From an uncultured Eubacteriales bacterium (GTDB lineage Bacteria > Bacillota > Sulfobacillia > DYIH01 > JBBIPI01), in contig CAYXQP010000001.1 in assembly GCA_964467515.1 (NCBI GenBank), forward strand, positions 1,509 through 65,508: a stretch of 64,000 bases of DNA, written 5' to 3'. The notes under the pieces are model-generated. The model worked only from the letters and a program-made list of their open reading frames with translations, had not been told where the DNA came from and did not search any database. Each line of letters begins with the position of its first letter. Within the stretch, counting starts at the first letter, position 1. Positions 28,170 through 37,015 of this stretch are shown here, one piece after another. The translations under genes and the position numbers were made by a program.

Positions 28170-28253
28170 CCAGACCCACCCCCGCCGGCCCGGCCCCGCG
28201 GCAGGCGAAGGCGGCTCGCGCGCGCCGGCCCGCCGCCGTCGCGGAGGGCCCCG

Positions 28254-31232
28254 CTAGCCGGTGTTGCGCAGTCCCGCCGCGATCCCGTTTATCGTGACCA
28301 GGATGGCGAAGCGCAAACGGTCCAGGTCGGCCTCGCCGCCGGCGGAGGGACACCCCGCCCCCGCGACGGTGCCGGCCGCCTTCGCCTCCGCCTCGCGGTA
28401 GCGGCGGAGGAAGCGGACCTGCAGGTAGCTGAGAGGGTCCACGTACGGGTTCCGCAGGGTGATGGACTGCCGCAAGGCCGGCTCGTTCTCCAGGAGCGCC
28501 CTCTGCCCCGTGACCGCCAGGACGTGCCGCACCGTCCGCTCATACTCCTCGGCCACGGACCCGAACACCGCCGCCCCCAGCCCCGGGTCGTCGGCCAGCC
28601 CGGCGTAGCGCGCGGCTATGTGCATGTCGGCCTTGGCCAGGGCCATCTGGAGGTTGTCCAGCACGGCCCGGAAGAAAGCCCACTCCCGGTACATCCTCCC
28701 CAGCAGCTCCGCCCCGTCCCGCCGGCCCTCGGTCCAGCGGTCGAGAGCCGTCCCGACGCCGTACCAGGCCGGCAGCAGGTGGCGGCATTGGTTCCAGGCG
28801 AAGACCCACGGGATGGCGCGCAGGTCCTCGAACCGGTGGCCCAGCTGCCTGGCCACGGGGCGCGAGCCGATGTTGAGCTCGCCGATGTGCCGGATGGGCG
28901 TCACGGCGAAGAAGTAGCGCAGCCCCGCCTCGTCCTGCCCGAATAGAAAGGCCCGGTAGGCCCGGTAGGCGTGGGCGGACAGCTCGGCCATGGTCTCCTC
29001 CCACTGGGCCGGCGCCGGCTGGCCCGCTCTCCACCCGGCGACGGCCGGGAGGCCCCTGGGTCCGTCGGCCTCCAGGAGCTTGACGGCGGCGGCCCAGACC
29101 ACCTGCTCCAGGCTGCGGAAGGCTATGCCGGGGATGAGGTAGCGGTCGGAGAGGACCTCGCCCTGCTCCGTTATCTTGAGACCCCACCGGGTGGAACCCG
29201 AGGGGAGGGCCATGACGGCGCGCCCCGTGGGTCCGCCCCCTCTGCCCAGGGCCCCGCCCCGCCCGTGGAAGAAGCGCACGCGCACGCCGGCCTCCTCCCC
29301 CAGCAGGAGGAGCCGTTTCTGGACCAGGTAGAGCTCCCAGTTGGCCGTCAGGTACCCGCCGTCCTTGTTGGTGTCCGAGTAACCCAGCATGACCTCCATC
29401 AGGGAGCCGCGGGCGGCCAGGTAGCTGCGGAAGGAGGGAGACCCGAGGAGCGCGGACAGCATCTCCCCGCCCTGCCTGAGGTCGGCCGTGGTCTCCAGGA
29501 TCGGCACCAGGTTAAACCAGCCCAGCTCGCCCGGTCCCCCGAGACCCACGGCGGCGGCCAGGAAGAGCACCTCCAGGCAGTCGCTGGGCTCGTGGGCCAT
29601 GCTCACTATGTACGTGTCCATGGCCTCCCGGCCCAGCTCGGCCCCGGCCGCGCGAAAGAGATCGAAGACCGCCAGGAGCTCCTCGGTCTCCCCGCTCAAG
29701 CCCGACCGGGCGCGGGCCCGCTCGCCCGCTTCCCGGCAAAGTGACGGATCGTCCAGGATCCCCTCCAGCACCCGGCCCCGCCGGGACTCGGGCAGGTCCT
29801 CGTAGTCCGGGCAGACGCCCGCCAGCCTCAGGATCTCGCCTACGACCCGGCCGTGCACCTGGCTGTGCTGGCGGACCTCCAGCGGGACGAGGTGGAAGCC
29901 GAAGAGCCGCACCTGCCGGATGAGCCGGCCCAGGGAACCGCGGGCCAACGCCTGGCCACCGTTGGCCAGCAGGCTTTCCTCCATGACCAGGAGGTCGTCG
30001 AGGAACTCGCGGTGGGACCGGTAGCGGCCTGGCCAGCGCTCCGCGCCGGCCGGTGACGGCGGCGTGGCGGCGGTCACCTCCAGGTTGTGCCGCCGCAGTT
30101 GCTCCAGCCGCCAGCGGATGATGGACAGCTTGCGCCGGTACGGCTCATTCTCGTCCCACCGGACGAAGTCCGGGGGCAGCTCCCCCAGGGACCGCTCGTC
30201 GGCCGCCAGGGAGGCGAGGAGGGCCTCGCTCGCTCCCACCAGGAGTGTGGACTGGCCGTAGCGGGCCATCAGGTGGCTCACCGAGGCCAGGTACTTCCTC
30301 ACGGCCAGGTCCCGTTGGAAACGCAGCGCCTCCCACGTGACCCGCGCCGTCACGTGGGGATTGCCGTCTCTGTCACCGCCCACCCAGCTGCGGAAACGGA
30401 GGAAGGTGGGCAGGGCGGCGCCGTGCCGCGCCAGGCGATCCTCGATCTCGGGGTAGTGGCGGGCCAGTTCCCTCTCCATGGCCAGGTGCACGTCCGGGAG
30501 CACGTCCCACAGGGTCTGGTCCAGGTAGAAGAGGCCCAGCCGCACCTCGTCCTCCGGCTGAAGCCGGAAGGAGCGCACCTCGCTGGTCTGCCACAGGAGG
30601 ACCAGGAGCTCCCGGATCTCGCGCTCGATCTCCTCCAGCTCCTGCGGCGTGACCAGGGGGTTCTCGCGCCGTTCCAGAGCGTCGTAGATGGCCCGCAGCA
30701 CGGCGAGCACCGTCCTCCGCGTGGCCTCGGTGGGATGGGCCGTCATGACCAGTTCCACGGAGAGCCGGCCGAAGAGATCGAGGACCCGGTCGGCCCCCAG
30801 GCCCGCCGACCGGAGGAGGGAGGCTAGGTGGCGAAGGGAGAGGGGCTGGGGCTGGCGGTGCTCCCGGTCGTACTCGCGCTTGCGGCGGACCCGGTGGTGC
30901 TGCTCGGCCAGGTTGACCAACTGAAAGTAAAGCCCGAAGGCCCTGGCCACCTGCAGGGCCGTCTCCTGGTCCAGCTCCTCCACGAAGCCGAGCAGTTCCC
31001 TTTCGGCCGCGGCGTCATAGCCGGCCCGCAACCGACGGGTGGCCAGCCGGACGCGCTCCACGGCTTCGAAGAACCGGTCGCCCCCCTGTTCGCGGAGCAC
31101 CTGTCCCAGCAGCCGGCCCAGGAACTTGACCTCTTCCCGGAGCTTGCGTTGCCTCTCGCGCAACCAGCGCTGTTCGGGATCGGCCCCCGGCCCGGAGGGC
31201 GAGGAACGGGCCTGAGCCTCCAAGCTCACCAT
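28254..31232 (-). CDS. ppc: Phosphoenolpyruvate carboxylase
   Basis: 992 aa with the Ppc motifs VMTAHPTE and FHGRGGALGRGGGP. Confidence 0.9.
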   Translation of the reverse strand: MVSLEAQARSSPSGPGADPEQRWLRERQRKLREEVKFLGRLLGQVLREQGGDRFFEAVERVRLATRRLRAGYDAAAERELLGFVEELDQETALQVARAFGLYFQLVNLAEQHHRVRRKREYDREHRQPQPLSLRHLASLLRSAGLGADRVLDLFGRLSVELVMTAHPTEATRRTVLAVLRAIYDALERRENPLVTPQELEEIEREIRELLVLLWQTSEVRSFRLQPEDEVRLGLFYLDQTLWDVLPDVHLAMERELARHYPEIEDRLARHGAALPTFLRFRSWVGGDRDGNPHVTARVTWEALRFQRDLAVRKYLASVSHLMARYGQSTLLVGASEALLASLAADERSLGELPPDFVRWDENEPYRRKLSIIRWRLEQLRRHNLEVTAATPPSPAGAERWPGRYRSHREFLDDLLVMEESLLANGGQALARGSLGRLIRQVRLFGFHLVPLEVRQHSQVHGRVVGEILRLAGVCPDYEDLPESRRGRVLEGILDDPSLCREAGERARARSGLSGETEELLAVFDLFRAAGAELGREAMDTYIVSMAHEPSDCLEVLFLAAAVGLGGPGELGWFNLVPILETTADLRQGGEMLSALLGSPSFRSYLAARGSLMEVMLGYSDTNKDGGYLTANWELYLVQKRLLLLGEEAGVRVRFFHGRGGALGRGGGPTGRAVMALPSGSTRWGLKITEQGEVLSDRYLIPGIAFRSLEQVVWAAAVKLLEADGPRGLPAVAGWRAGQPAPAQWEETMAELSAHAYRAYRAFLFGQDEAGLRYFFAVTPIRHIGELNIGSRPVARQLGHRFEDLRAIPWVFAWNQCRHLLPAWYGVGTALDRWTEGRRDGAELLGRMYREWAFFRAVLDNLQMALAKADMHIAARYAGLADDPGLGAAVFGSVAEEYERTVRHVLAVTGQRALLENEPALRQSITLRNPYVDPLSYLQVRFLRRYREAEAKAAGTVAGAGCPSAGGEADLDRLRFAILVTINGIAAGLRNTG

Positions 31233-32566
31233 TCCTCCGACAGGTCCAGCTCGCGGCGCAGGGCCTCCACGTCCACGAAGGGACGACCGGCCCGCCTCTT
31301 CTTCTCCTCCATGTTTTCCATGACCCGCAGGAGCTCGCGCAGGCGGGCCCTCCCGTCCCGCGTCTGGCAGGCCTGGCGGGGGGTCAAGCCGCCCAGCACG
31401 GGGGCCGGCTCGTCCACCCAGTCGTGGGAGAAGGGTGGCAGGGCGGACTCTCCTTCACCGAGCCCACCTTTGCCCGCCGTGGCGGGAAGCGCCAGGGAGA
31501 CGCTCTCGAACTCGTCTACCATGTGCCGGGCGGTCGCGGCGAGCACCTCCCCGAGAAGGGTCTTGCCGCGCTCCAGGCGCTCCCGCGACAGGCACTCCAG
31601 CCGGAGTCGCCGTGAGCGGAGAACCAGGGTCCCCAACACCAGCCTGCCCCCCGGCGGGCTTTCCTCCGCGGGGGCGAACCATCTCCAGACACCCTCGCCC
31701 ACCGCCTCCATGTCCGATCGCAGGGCCAGCGCCCGCACCACCTCCTCCGGATCGCCGACCCCGTACCAGGCCCTGGAGAGAAGGCACGCCTCGCCGCTCA
31801 GGGTGCGGAAGCGAGCGGGGCCGAGGGCCTGGAGGCCGCCCACCAAGAGCCGGTGTATCTCGTGGGCCCTGCCGCGGAAGTAATCCTCCCACCCGGCCGC
31901 AGGCCGCCGGCCGCGGAAGCGGGCCAGCCCCTCGGTGAGGCACCGGACGACGGACGCCTTCCACCAGCGGGGCAAGACGAGACCGGCGACGGACAGCCCC
32001 ACCTCCCCGTGGACGGGCAACAGGCGGGTCAGGACCAGGTCGAAACGGTGCAGGTTCCTGGCCGCCACCCTGTCCCAGCACCGCTGCCTGGCGCCCGTGC
32101 ACACATCCTCGAGCAAGAGCTCGCCCTCGTCCGACCGGAGCAGGACCTCGTAAAGCCCCAAGCGGCTCGAGGCCCAAGCGGCGAGGACGGCCCGTTCCTC
32201 CCCGTCCAGGTCCCGGCTCTGGGCCAGGTACCTCTCCAGGACCGTCCGTCCCCTGCCCCCCGGGCGGTAGTCGAAGACGAGCCAATCGAAGAAACGCCCC
32301 ATGCTCCCCTCGTCGTCGGCCAGGGGCAGAGCGTCCCCTCCCCCCCAGAAGGCGTCGAAGGCTCTGGCCAGCGTCTCGTCACCGACGCGGCGGCGGGCGA
32401 AGAGGAAAAGGTGATCCATGAGCCGCTCGGCCAACCGCTGGGACCTATGACGGGAAAGGGGGAGCACCTTGCAACCGACCTCCACGCCATCCACCTCCAC
32501 GGCGGCCACCCGGCCGCAAGGGAACGGGGACGTTTTTCGACAGAGAAGCGGCCACTCCTCTCGCAC
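31226..32566 (-). CDS. Hypothetical protein with a C-terminal helical domain resembling DUF2384 (the toxin-binding domain of Xre/MbcA/ParS antitoxins); translationally coupled to ppc
   Basis: 446 aa. The C-terminal ...PVLGGLTPRQACQTRDGRARLRELLRVMEN... follows the DUF2384 pattern P.LGG.TP.ELL.T..G...V..LL.R...G. Its stop at 31226 lies 1 nt from the ppc ATG at 31232. Confidence 0.6.
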   Translation of the reverse strand: MREEWPLLCRKTSPFPCGRVAAVEVDGVEVGCKVLPLSRHRSQRLAERLMDHLFLFARRRVGDETLARAFDAFWGGGDALPLADDEGSMGRFFDWLVFDYRPGGRGRTVLERYLAQSRDLDGEERAVLAAWASSRLGLYEVLLRSDEGELLLEDVCTGARQRCWDRVAARNLHRFDLVLTRLLPVHGEVGLSVAGLVLPRWWKASVVRCLTEGLARFRGRRPAAGWEDYFRGRAHEIHRLLVGGLQALGPARFRTLSGEACLLSRAWYGVGDPEEVVRALALRSDMEAVGEGVWRWFAPAEESPPGGRLVLGTLVLRSRRLRLECLSRERLERGKTLLGEVLAATARHMVDEFESVSLALPATAGKGGLGEGESALPPFSHDWVDEPAPVLGGLTPRQACQTRDGRARLRELLRVMENMEEKKRRAGRPFVDVEALRRELDLSEEW

Positions 32567-32715
32567 CTTTGACAGAAACCGCCCTTCCGCATCTCGAACC
32601 GCCGGGGTGGCGAGGCGCCCCCAGATTATGCGGTGCCCGAGGGGTGCGGTGCGACAGCCATCAACGAGGGCGCCCGCCGCTCCGGCCGGCGGCCCGCTGC
32701 GGCCGCGCGGTGCCG

Positions 32716-33516
32716 TCAGGCACGGGTGCGGAGGATGACCAGGTCCACGCGGCGGTTGCGGGCCCTATTCTCCTCGCTGTCGTTGGGGAAGCGCGGCCGC
32801 CACTCCCCGTACCCGGTGGCGGAGAGCCGCGCCGGCGGAAGACCCTCCCCCTCGGCCAGGTAACGGGCCACCACCACGGCCCGGGCCACCGACAGCTCCC
32901 AGTTGGACGGGTACCTGGCCGTGTTGATGGGTAGGTCGTCGGTGTGCCCCTCCACCGAGATGTCGTTGGGAATGCGGGCCAGGACGGGCGCTATCCGGTG
33001 GAGGATGGCCCGGGAGGCCGGCTTGAGGTCGGCGTAACCCTTCTCGAAGAAAATGAGCTCGGGAAAGCTCACCACCAGCCCCTGTTCCTCCACCGTCACG
33101 GTCACCTTGCCCGCCAGCCCCGCCGCCTGCAGCTCTCTCTGCACGACGCGAGCCACCTCCTGGAGCCGGAGTCCCTCGGCCCGGCGGGCCGGGGAGACGT
33201 CGGGACCGCGGGTTCCCTCCAGGCTGTTGGCCGCGGCGTGCGGCAGCCTGGCCTCGCTATCCACGGGAGTGGGAGACACATCCAGCAGGGAGTTGCTGAC
33301 GTTGGACCGGAGGAAGCTTGACTGGAGGGCCTGGGCGAGCTGGAGGTACTTGGCCTTGTCCATCTGGCTGATGGAGTAGAGCACGATGAAGAAGACCATG
33401 AGCAGGGTGATGAGGTCGGCGTAGGTGAGGAGCCAGCGCATGCTCCCGGCCCCGTCGTGCCCGCCTCCGTGACCACCCTCTTCGTGCGAGACCCCTTTCC
33501 TAGACACCACCATCAC
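32716..33516 (-). CDS. motB: Flagellar motor stator protein MotB (OmpA-like C-terminus)
   Basis: 266 aa with a single transmembrane segment (LLTYADLITLLMVFFIVLYS) and a C-terminal OmpA/MotB peptidoglycan-binding domain. Confidence 0.85.
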   Translation of the reverse strand: MMVVSRKGVSHEEGGHGGGHDGAGSMRWLLTYADLITLLMVFFIVLYSISQMDKAKYLQLAQALQSSFLRSNVSNSLLDVSPTPVDSEARLPHAAANSLEGTRGPDVSPARRAEGLRLQEVARVVQRELQAAGLAGKVTVTVEEQGLVVSFPELIFFEKGYADLKPASRAILHRIAPVLARIPNDISVEGHTDDLPINTARYPSNWELSVARAVVVARYLAEGEGLPPARLSATGYGEWRPRFPNDSEENRARNRRVDLVILRTRA

Positions 33517-33542
33517 CGGGGCGGCCCGCAGCGCTCCCGCAC

Positions 33543-34379
33543 CTAGGCACCGCTCTCACCGGGCTGGGCGGCGGGCGAAGGGCCCGGGGCGGCCTCGGCC
33601 TCCTCCCGCTTCTTCTCCTTCCTCTTGCTGCCGGGGAGAAAGGCCCGCAGCTTCTCCCGCACCATGGCCGGGCTGTCGCCCTTCTGGATGGAGAGCACGC
33701 CCTCGATGATCATCTGCTGGTACTCGCCCAGCAGCCGGCCGTTGTCCTTGAGCTTGTTGGCCACGGGCAACCAGAAGACGTTGGCCGTGGCTATGCCCCA
33801 GAGGGTGGCCAGGAAGGCCATGGCGATGGCGGAGCCCAGCTCGTTAGGATTCTCCAGATTGGAGAGGACGTGGATGAGGCCCATGACGGTGCCGATGATG
33901 CCCATGGTGGGCGCGTATCCGCCCGCCGTCTCGAAGATGGCGGCGCCCGTCAGGAAACGCTTGCGCGCCAGCTCCGCCTTGGTGACGAGCACGGCCTCCA
34001 CCACCTCGGAGTCGGTCCCGTCCACCACCATCTGCAAACCCTGAGCCAGGAGTTCGTCGGAGATGGTGCGGATGTCCTCCTCCAGGGCCAGGAGCCCCTC
34101 CCGCCGGGCCTTCTGCGCCAACCCCACCAGCTTGTCGATGGCCTGGGGCAGGTCACCGCCGGGACGGCGCAGCAACTCGCCGAGGAGGGAGGGGACGCGA
34201 AAGAAGTTGCCCAACCCCACGCTCATGGCCGTGGCGCCGATGGTACCGCCCAGGATGAGGAACACGGCGGAGGGAGAGATGAGCGAGCCGACGGAGCCCC
34301 CCTCCATGGCATTGGATCCGAGAATGGCCACTAGCGCGACGACGAGCCCGACGATTACTCCGAGTTCCAGAGGGACCAC
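33543..34379 (-). CDS. motA: Flagellar motor stator protein MotA
   Basis: 278 aa with four transmembrane segments and the MotA/TolQ/ExbB signature region. Confidence 0.85.
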   Translation of the reverse strand: MVPLELGVIVGLVVALVAILGSNAMEGGSVGSLISPSAVFLILGGTIGATAMSVGLGNFFRVPSLLGELLRRPGGDLPQAIDKLVGLAQKARREGLLALEEDIRTISDELLAQGLQMVVDGTDSEVVEAVLVTKAELARKRFLTGAAIFETAGGYAPTMGIIGTVMGLIHVLSNLENPNELGSAIAMAFLATLWGIATANVFWLPVANKLKDNGRLLGEYQQMIIEGVLSIQKGDSPAMVREKLRAFLPGSKRKEKKREEAEAAPGPSPAAQPGESGA

Positions 34380-34528
34380 TCCTGCTATGCTCGCCCTTGT
34401 GTCGGTACCTATCCCCCCGAAAGGACCAACGCACCCCCATACGGTATCGCGGGGAGGGGAGCCGCCGTTGAGCCGCCTCGCGGTGGGGAACTCCTCCCTT
34501 TACAATAGAGGATCAGCGGGGTGACACC

Positions 34529-35506
34529 TTGGACCCGAGGCTGCAGGAGACAGCGGCAAGGGTGCTGGCCGGAGGCGAGGTCTCGGGTGAGGAGGCTCTC
34601 CACCTCCTCCAGCTCGAGGGACCCGACGTGTACCATCTCCTGGCCTGGGCCAACGAGATCCGCGAGCGCTTCACCGGTGACAGGGTGGAGCTCTGTTCCA
34701 TCGTCAACGCCCGCTCCGGCAATTGCAGCGAGGACTGCGCCTTCTGCGCCCAGTCCTCCCGCCACGCCGCGGACGCCCCCGTCCACGGGCTGCTGGACGA
34801 GGAAACGATCCTGGCCAAGGCCAGGGCCATGGAGGCCGCGGGCGCCCGGCGCTTCGACCTGGTCACGGCCGGGTACGGCTTCACCGAGGACGACCCGGAC
34901 TTCAGGCGGATCCTGGCCATCTACCGCCGGCTGCGGCGGGAGACGGGGCTCGAGCTGTGCGCCTGTCTCGGCATCCTCACCCCCGGCGCCGCCCGCGCCC
35001 TGGTGGAGGCGGGCGTGACGCGATACAACCACAACCTGGAGACGGCCCGTTCCTTCTTCTCCCGCATCTGCACCACCCACTCCTACGACGAGCGGGTGGC
35101 CACCGTGCAAGCCGTCAAGTCCGCCGGCATGGAGGTCTGCTGCGGCGGCATCATCGGCCTGGGGGAGACACGGGAGCAGCGCGTGGAGCTGGCCCTCACC
35201 CTGAGGGAGCTGGACGTGGACTCGGTGCCCATCAACATCCTGGTCCCCCGCCCGGGCACGCCCCTGGCCCATGTCCCTCCCCTGGCGCCGGAGGAGATCC
35301 TCAAGACCTTCGCCATGTTCCGGTTCGTGCTGCCGGACAAGCTCATCAGGTACGCGGCGGGGCGCGAGGGTGCGCTGGGTCCGCTGCAACCCCTCGGCTT
35401 CCTGGCGGGGGTGAACGCCATGCTGGTGGGCGGGTACCTGACGGTGCCGGGGCGGGAGGTGGAGGCGGACGTGGCCATGGTGGCGTCCCTGGGTCTCCAA
35501 TGGTGA
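34529..35506 (+). CDS. bioB: Biotin synthase BioB (radical SAM)
   Basis: 325 aa with CSEDCAFCAQS (a CxxxCxxC motif) and the BioB fold. The TTG start follows GCGGGGTG. Confidence 0.85.
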   Translation: MDPRLQETAARVLAGGEVSGEEALHLLQLEGPDVYHLLAWANEIRERFTGDRVELCSIVNARSGNCSEDCAFCAQSSRHAADAPVHGLLDEETILAKARAMEAAGARRFDLVTAGYGFTEDDPDFRRILAIYRRLRRETGLELCACLGILTPGAARALVEAGVTRYNHNLETARSFFSRICTTHSYDERVATVQAVKSAGMEVCCGGIIGLGETREQRVELALTLRELDVDSVPINILVPRPGTPLAHVPPLAPEEILKTFAMFRFVLPDKLIRYAAGREGALGPLQPLGFLAGVNAMLVGGYLTVPGREVEADVAMVASLGLQW

Positions 35507-36090
35507 CCCGCACAGGCACGCCGGGACGCCGGCGCCGGCGCCGCAGCCCGGCCGGCGTGTACGCGGCCGCCCTGGTGCTGGTGCTGGCGGCGGCGGCCGC
35601 CGCCTACCTGGCTCGACCCGGCACGCGGCAGCCGGCGGAGGCGGCGGCGCCGGCCTTCACGCTGCCCGACACCGAGGGGCGGCAGGTGTCGTTGGCGTCG
35701 CTCCGGGGCAAGCCCGTGGTGCTGGTGTTCTTCCGCACCTTCGGGTGAGGGGTTTGCCAGCAGCAGCTCGTGGAGCTGCAGGACGTCTATCCGGAGATAA
35801 GGCGGGCCGGGGGAGAGCTGCTGGCCATCAGCGTCCGTCCCCTGGACGAGAACAGGGCAGGGCGGGCCACCCTGGGCCTCCAGTACCCCGTTCTGTCGGA
35901 CGAGACGACGGACGTGGCCACGTCCTACGGCGTGTTCAACCTCCTGGGCGACGAACTGGCCGCCCCCGCCGTCTTCGTCGTGGACCGGCGGGGGCAGATC
36001 GCCTGGCGCTACGTGGGCAGGAGCGTCGCCGACCGGCCGCAGGCGGCCGCCGTCCTCCGCCGGCTACGGGCTGCCGCCCGGCCGGGGTAG
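35500..36090 (+). CDS. Exported thioredoxin-fold thiol-disulfide oxidoreductase (TlpA/ResA/peroxiredoxin-like) with an in-frame TGA at the redox motif; candidate selenoprotein (UxxC)
   Basis: The ATG at 35500 overlaps the bioB stop (ATGGTGA). The N-terminus has an Arg-rich stretch and a hydrophobic anchor. The frame reads ...KPVVLVFFRTFG-[TGA 35746..35748]-GVCQQQLVELQDVYPEI... and continues in the same frame as ORF 35770..36090 to a TAG at 36088, about 196 codons in all. Confidence 0.6.
35763..35779 (+). other. Hairpin 15 nt downstream of the in-frame UGA: candidate bacterial selenocysteine insertion (SECIS) element
   Basis: A perfect 7-bp stem GCAGCUC/GAGCUGC closed by a GUG apical loop. 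It sits at the position expected for a bacterial selenocysteine insertion element relative to the UGA. Confidence 0.4.
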
Positions 36091-36156
36091 GACCGGTCGA
36101 GACCAAGGGGCCCGGCGGTCGTACCAAGGGGACGGCCGCGGGCGGGGCGCAACCGC

Positions 36157-37002
36157 TCAACGGGAGAATGCCAGGGCGGCGGACACGAGGGCGGGCACCT
36201 CCCACGGGAAGGAAGCCAGCCGGACGCCGGCGGCGTCGAGGGCCCTAACCTTGCTCTCGTAGGTGCCGCGGCCGCGCTCGACGATGGCCCCCGCGTGGCC
36301 CATGCGCCGCCCGGGCGGGGCGGTCCGGCCGGCGATGAAGGCCACCACCGGCTTGGACATGGTCTTGATGAACTCGGCCGCCTCCTCCTCGGCGGTGCCC
36401 CCTATCTCCCCCACCAGGACCACCGCCCGCGTGGCCTCGTCCCGTTCGAAGCGCTTGAGGAGATCGAGGAAGGAGAGGCCCACCACCCTGTCACCCCCCA
36501 TGCCCACCACCGTGGACTGACCGAGGCCGGCCGCCGTGAGGCTGTTCACTATCTCATAGCTCAGGGTGCCGCTCCGGGCTGCCACCCCCACCGGTCCGGG
36601 GCTGAAGATGGCGTTGGGGGGGATACCCAGCTTGGCCCTGCCGGGGGTGCAAACCCCGTAGGTGTTGGGGCCCACCACCAGGGCGCCCCTCTCCTGGGCG
36701 AAGGCCATGATGGCCAGGGCATCGTGGAGGGGTATGTGCTCGGTGACGATGACGACCAGCTCCAGCCCCGCGGCCACGGCCTCGAAGGCGGCGTCCCGAG
36801 CCTGCGGGGCGGGGACGAAGATGACGGAGGCGTTGACGGCGTGGGTCTCCAGGGCTTCCTCCACCGTGTCGTAGACGGGGACGCCGTGCACCGTCTCGCC
36901 GCCCCGGCCGGGCGTGACACCGGCCACGATGGGCGTGCCGTACTCCAGCATCTGCCTGGCATGAAAGCTTCCCTGCCGGCCCGTGATGCCCTGGATCAGC
37001 AC
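36157..37002 (-). CDS. sucD: Succinyl-CoA synthetase alpha subunit
   Basis: ...LIQGITGRQGSFH...SRSGTLSYE...; a GTG start at 37002. An in-frame CTG at 37032, after GAGGTGG, would give the more canonical (M)PILVDERARVLIQGITG N-terminus and overlap the sucC stop. Confidence 0.85.
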   Translation of the reverse strand: MLIQGITGRQGSFHARQMLEYGTPIVAGVTPGRGGETVHGVPVYDTVEEALETHAVNASVIFVPAPQARDAAFEAVAAGLELVVIVTEHIPLHDALAIMAFAQERGALVVGPNTYGVCTPGRAKLGIPPNAIFSPGPVGVAARSGTLSYEIVNSLTAAGLGQSTVVGMGGDRVVGLSFLDLLKRFERDEATRAVVLVGEIGGTAEEEAAEFIKTMSKPVVAFIAGRTAPPGRRMGHAGAIVERGRGTYESKVRALDAAGVRLASFPWEVPALVSAALAFSR

Positions 37003-37015
37003 GCGCGCCCGCTCG

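Noticed and set aside
28170-28253. Intrinsic terminator between ppc and the proline dehydrogenase start.
   Set aside because: The region is GC-rich with several possible stems but no dominant hairpin followed by a U-tract. It also has to hold the PRODH ribosome-binding site (GGGGTGGG-TTG).
34380-34528. BirA operator upstream of bioB.
   Set aside because: Only a lone TTTACAA half-site-like element is present. No palindromic partner lies within 40 nt.
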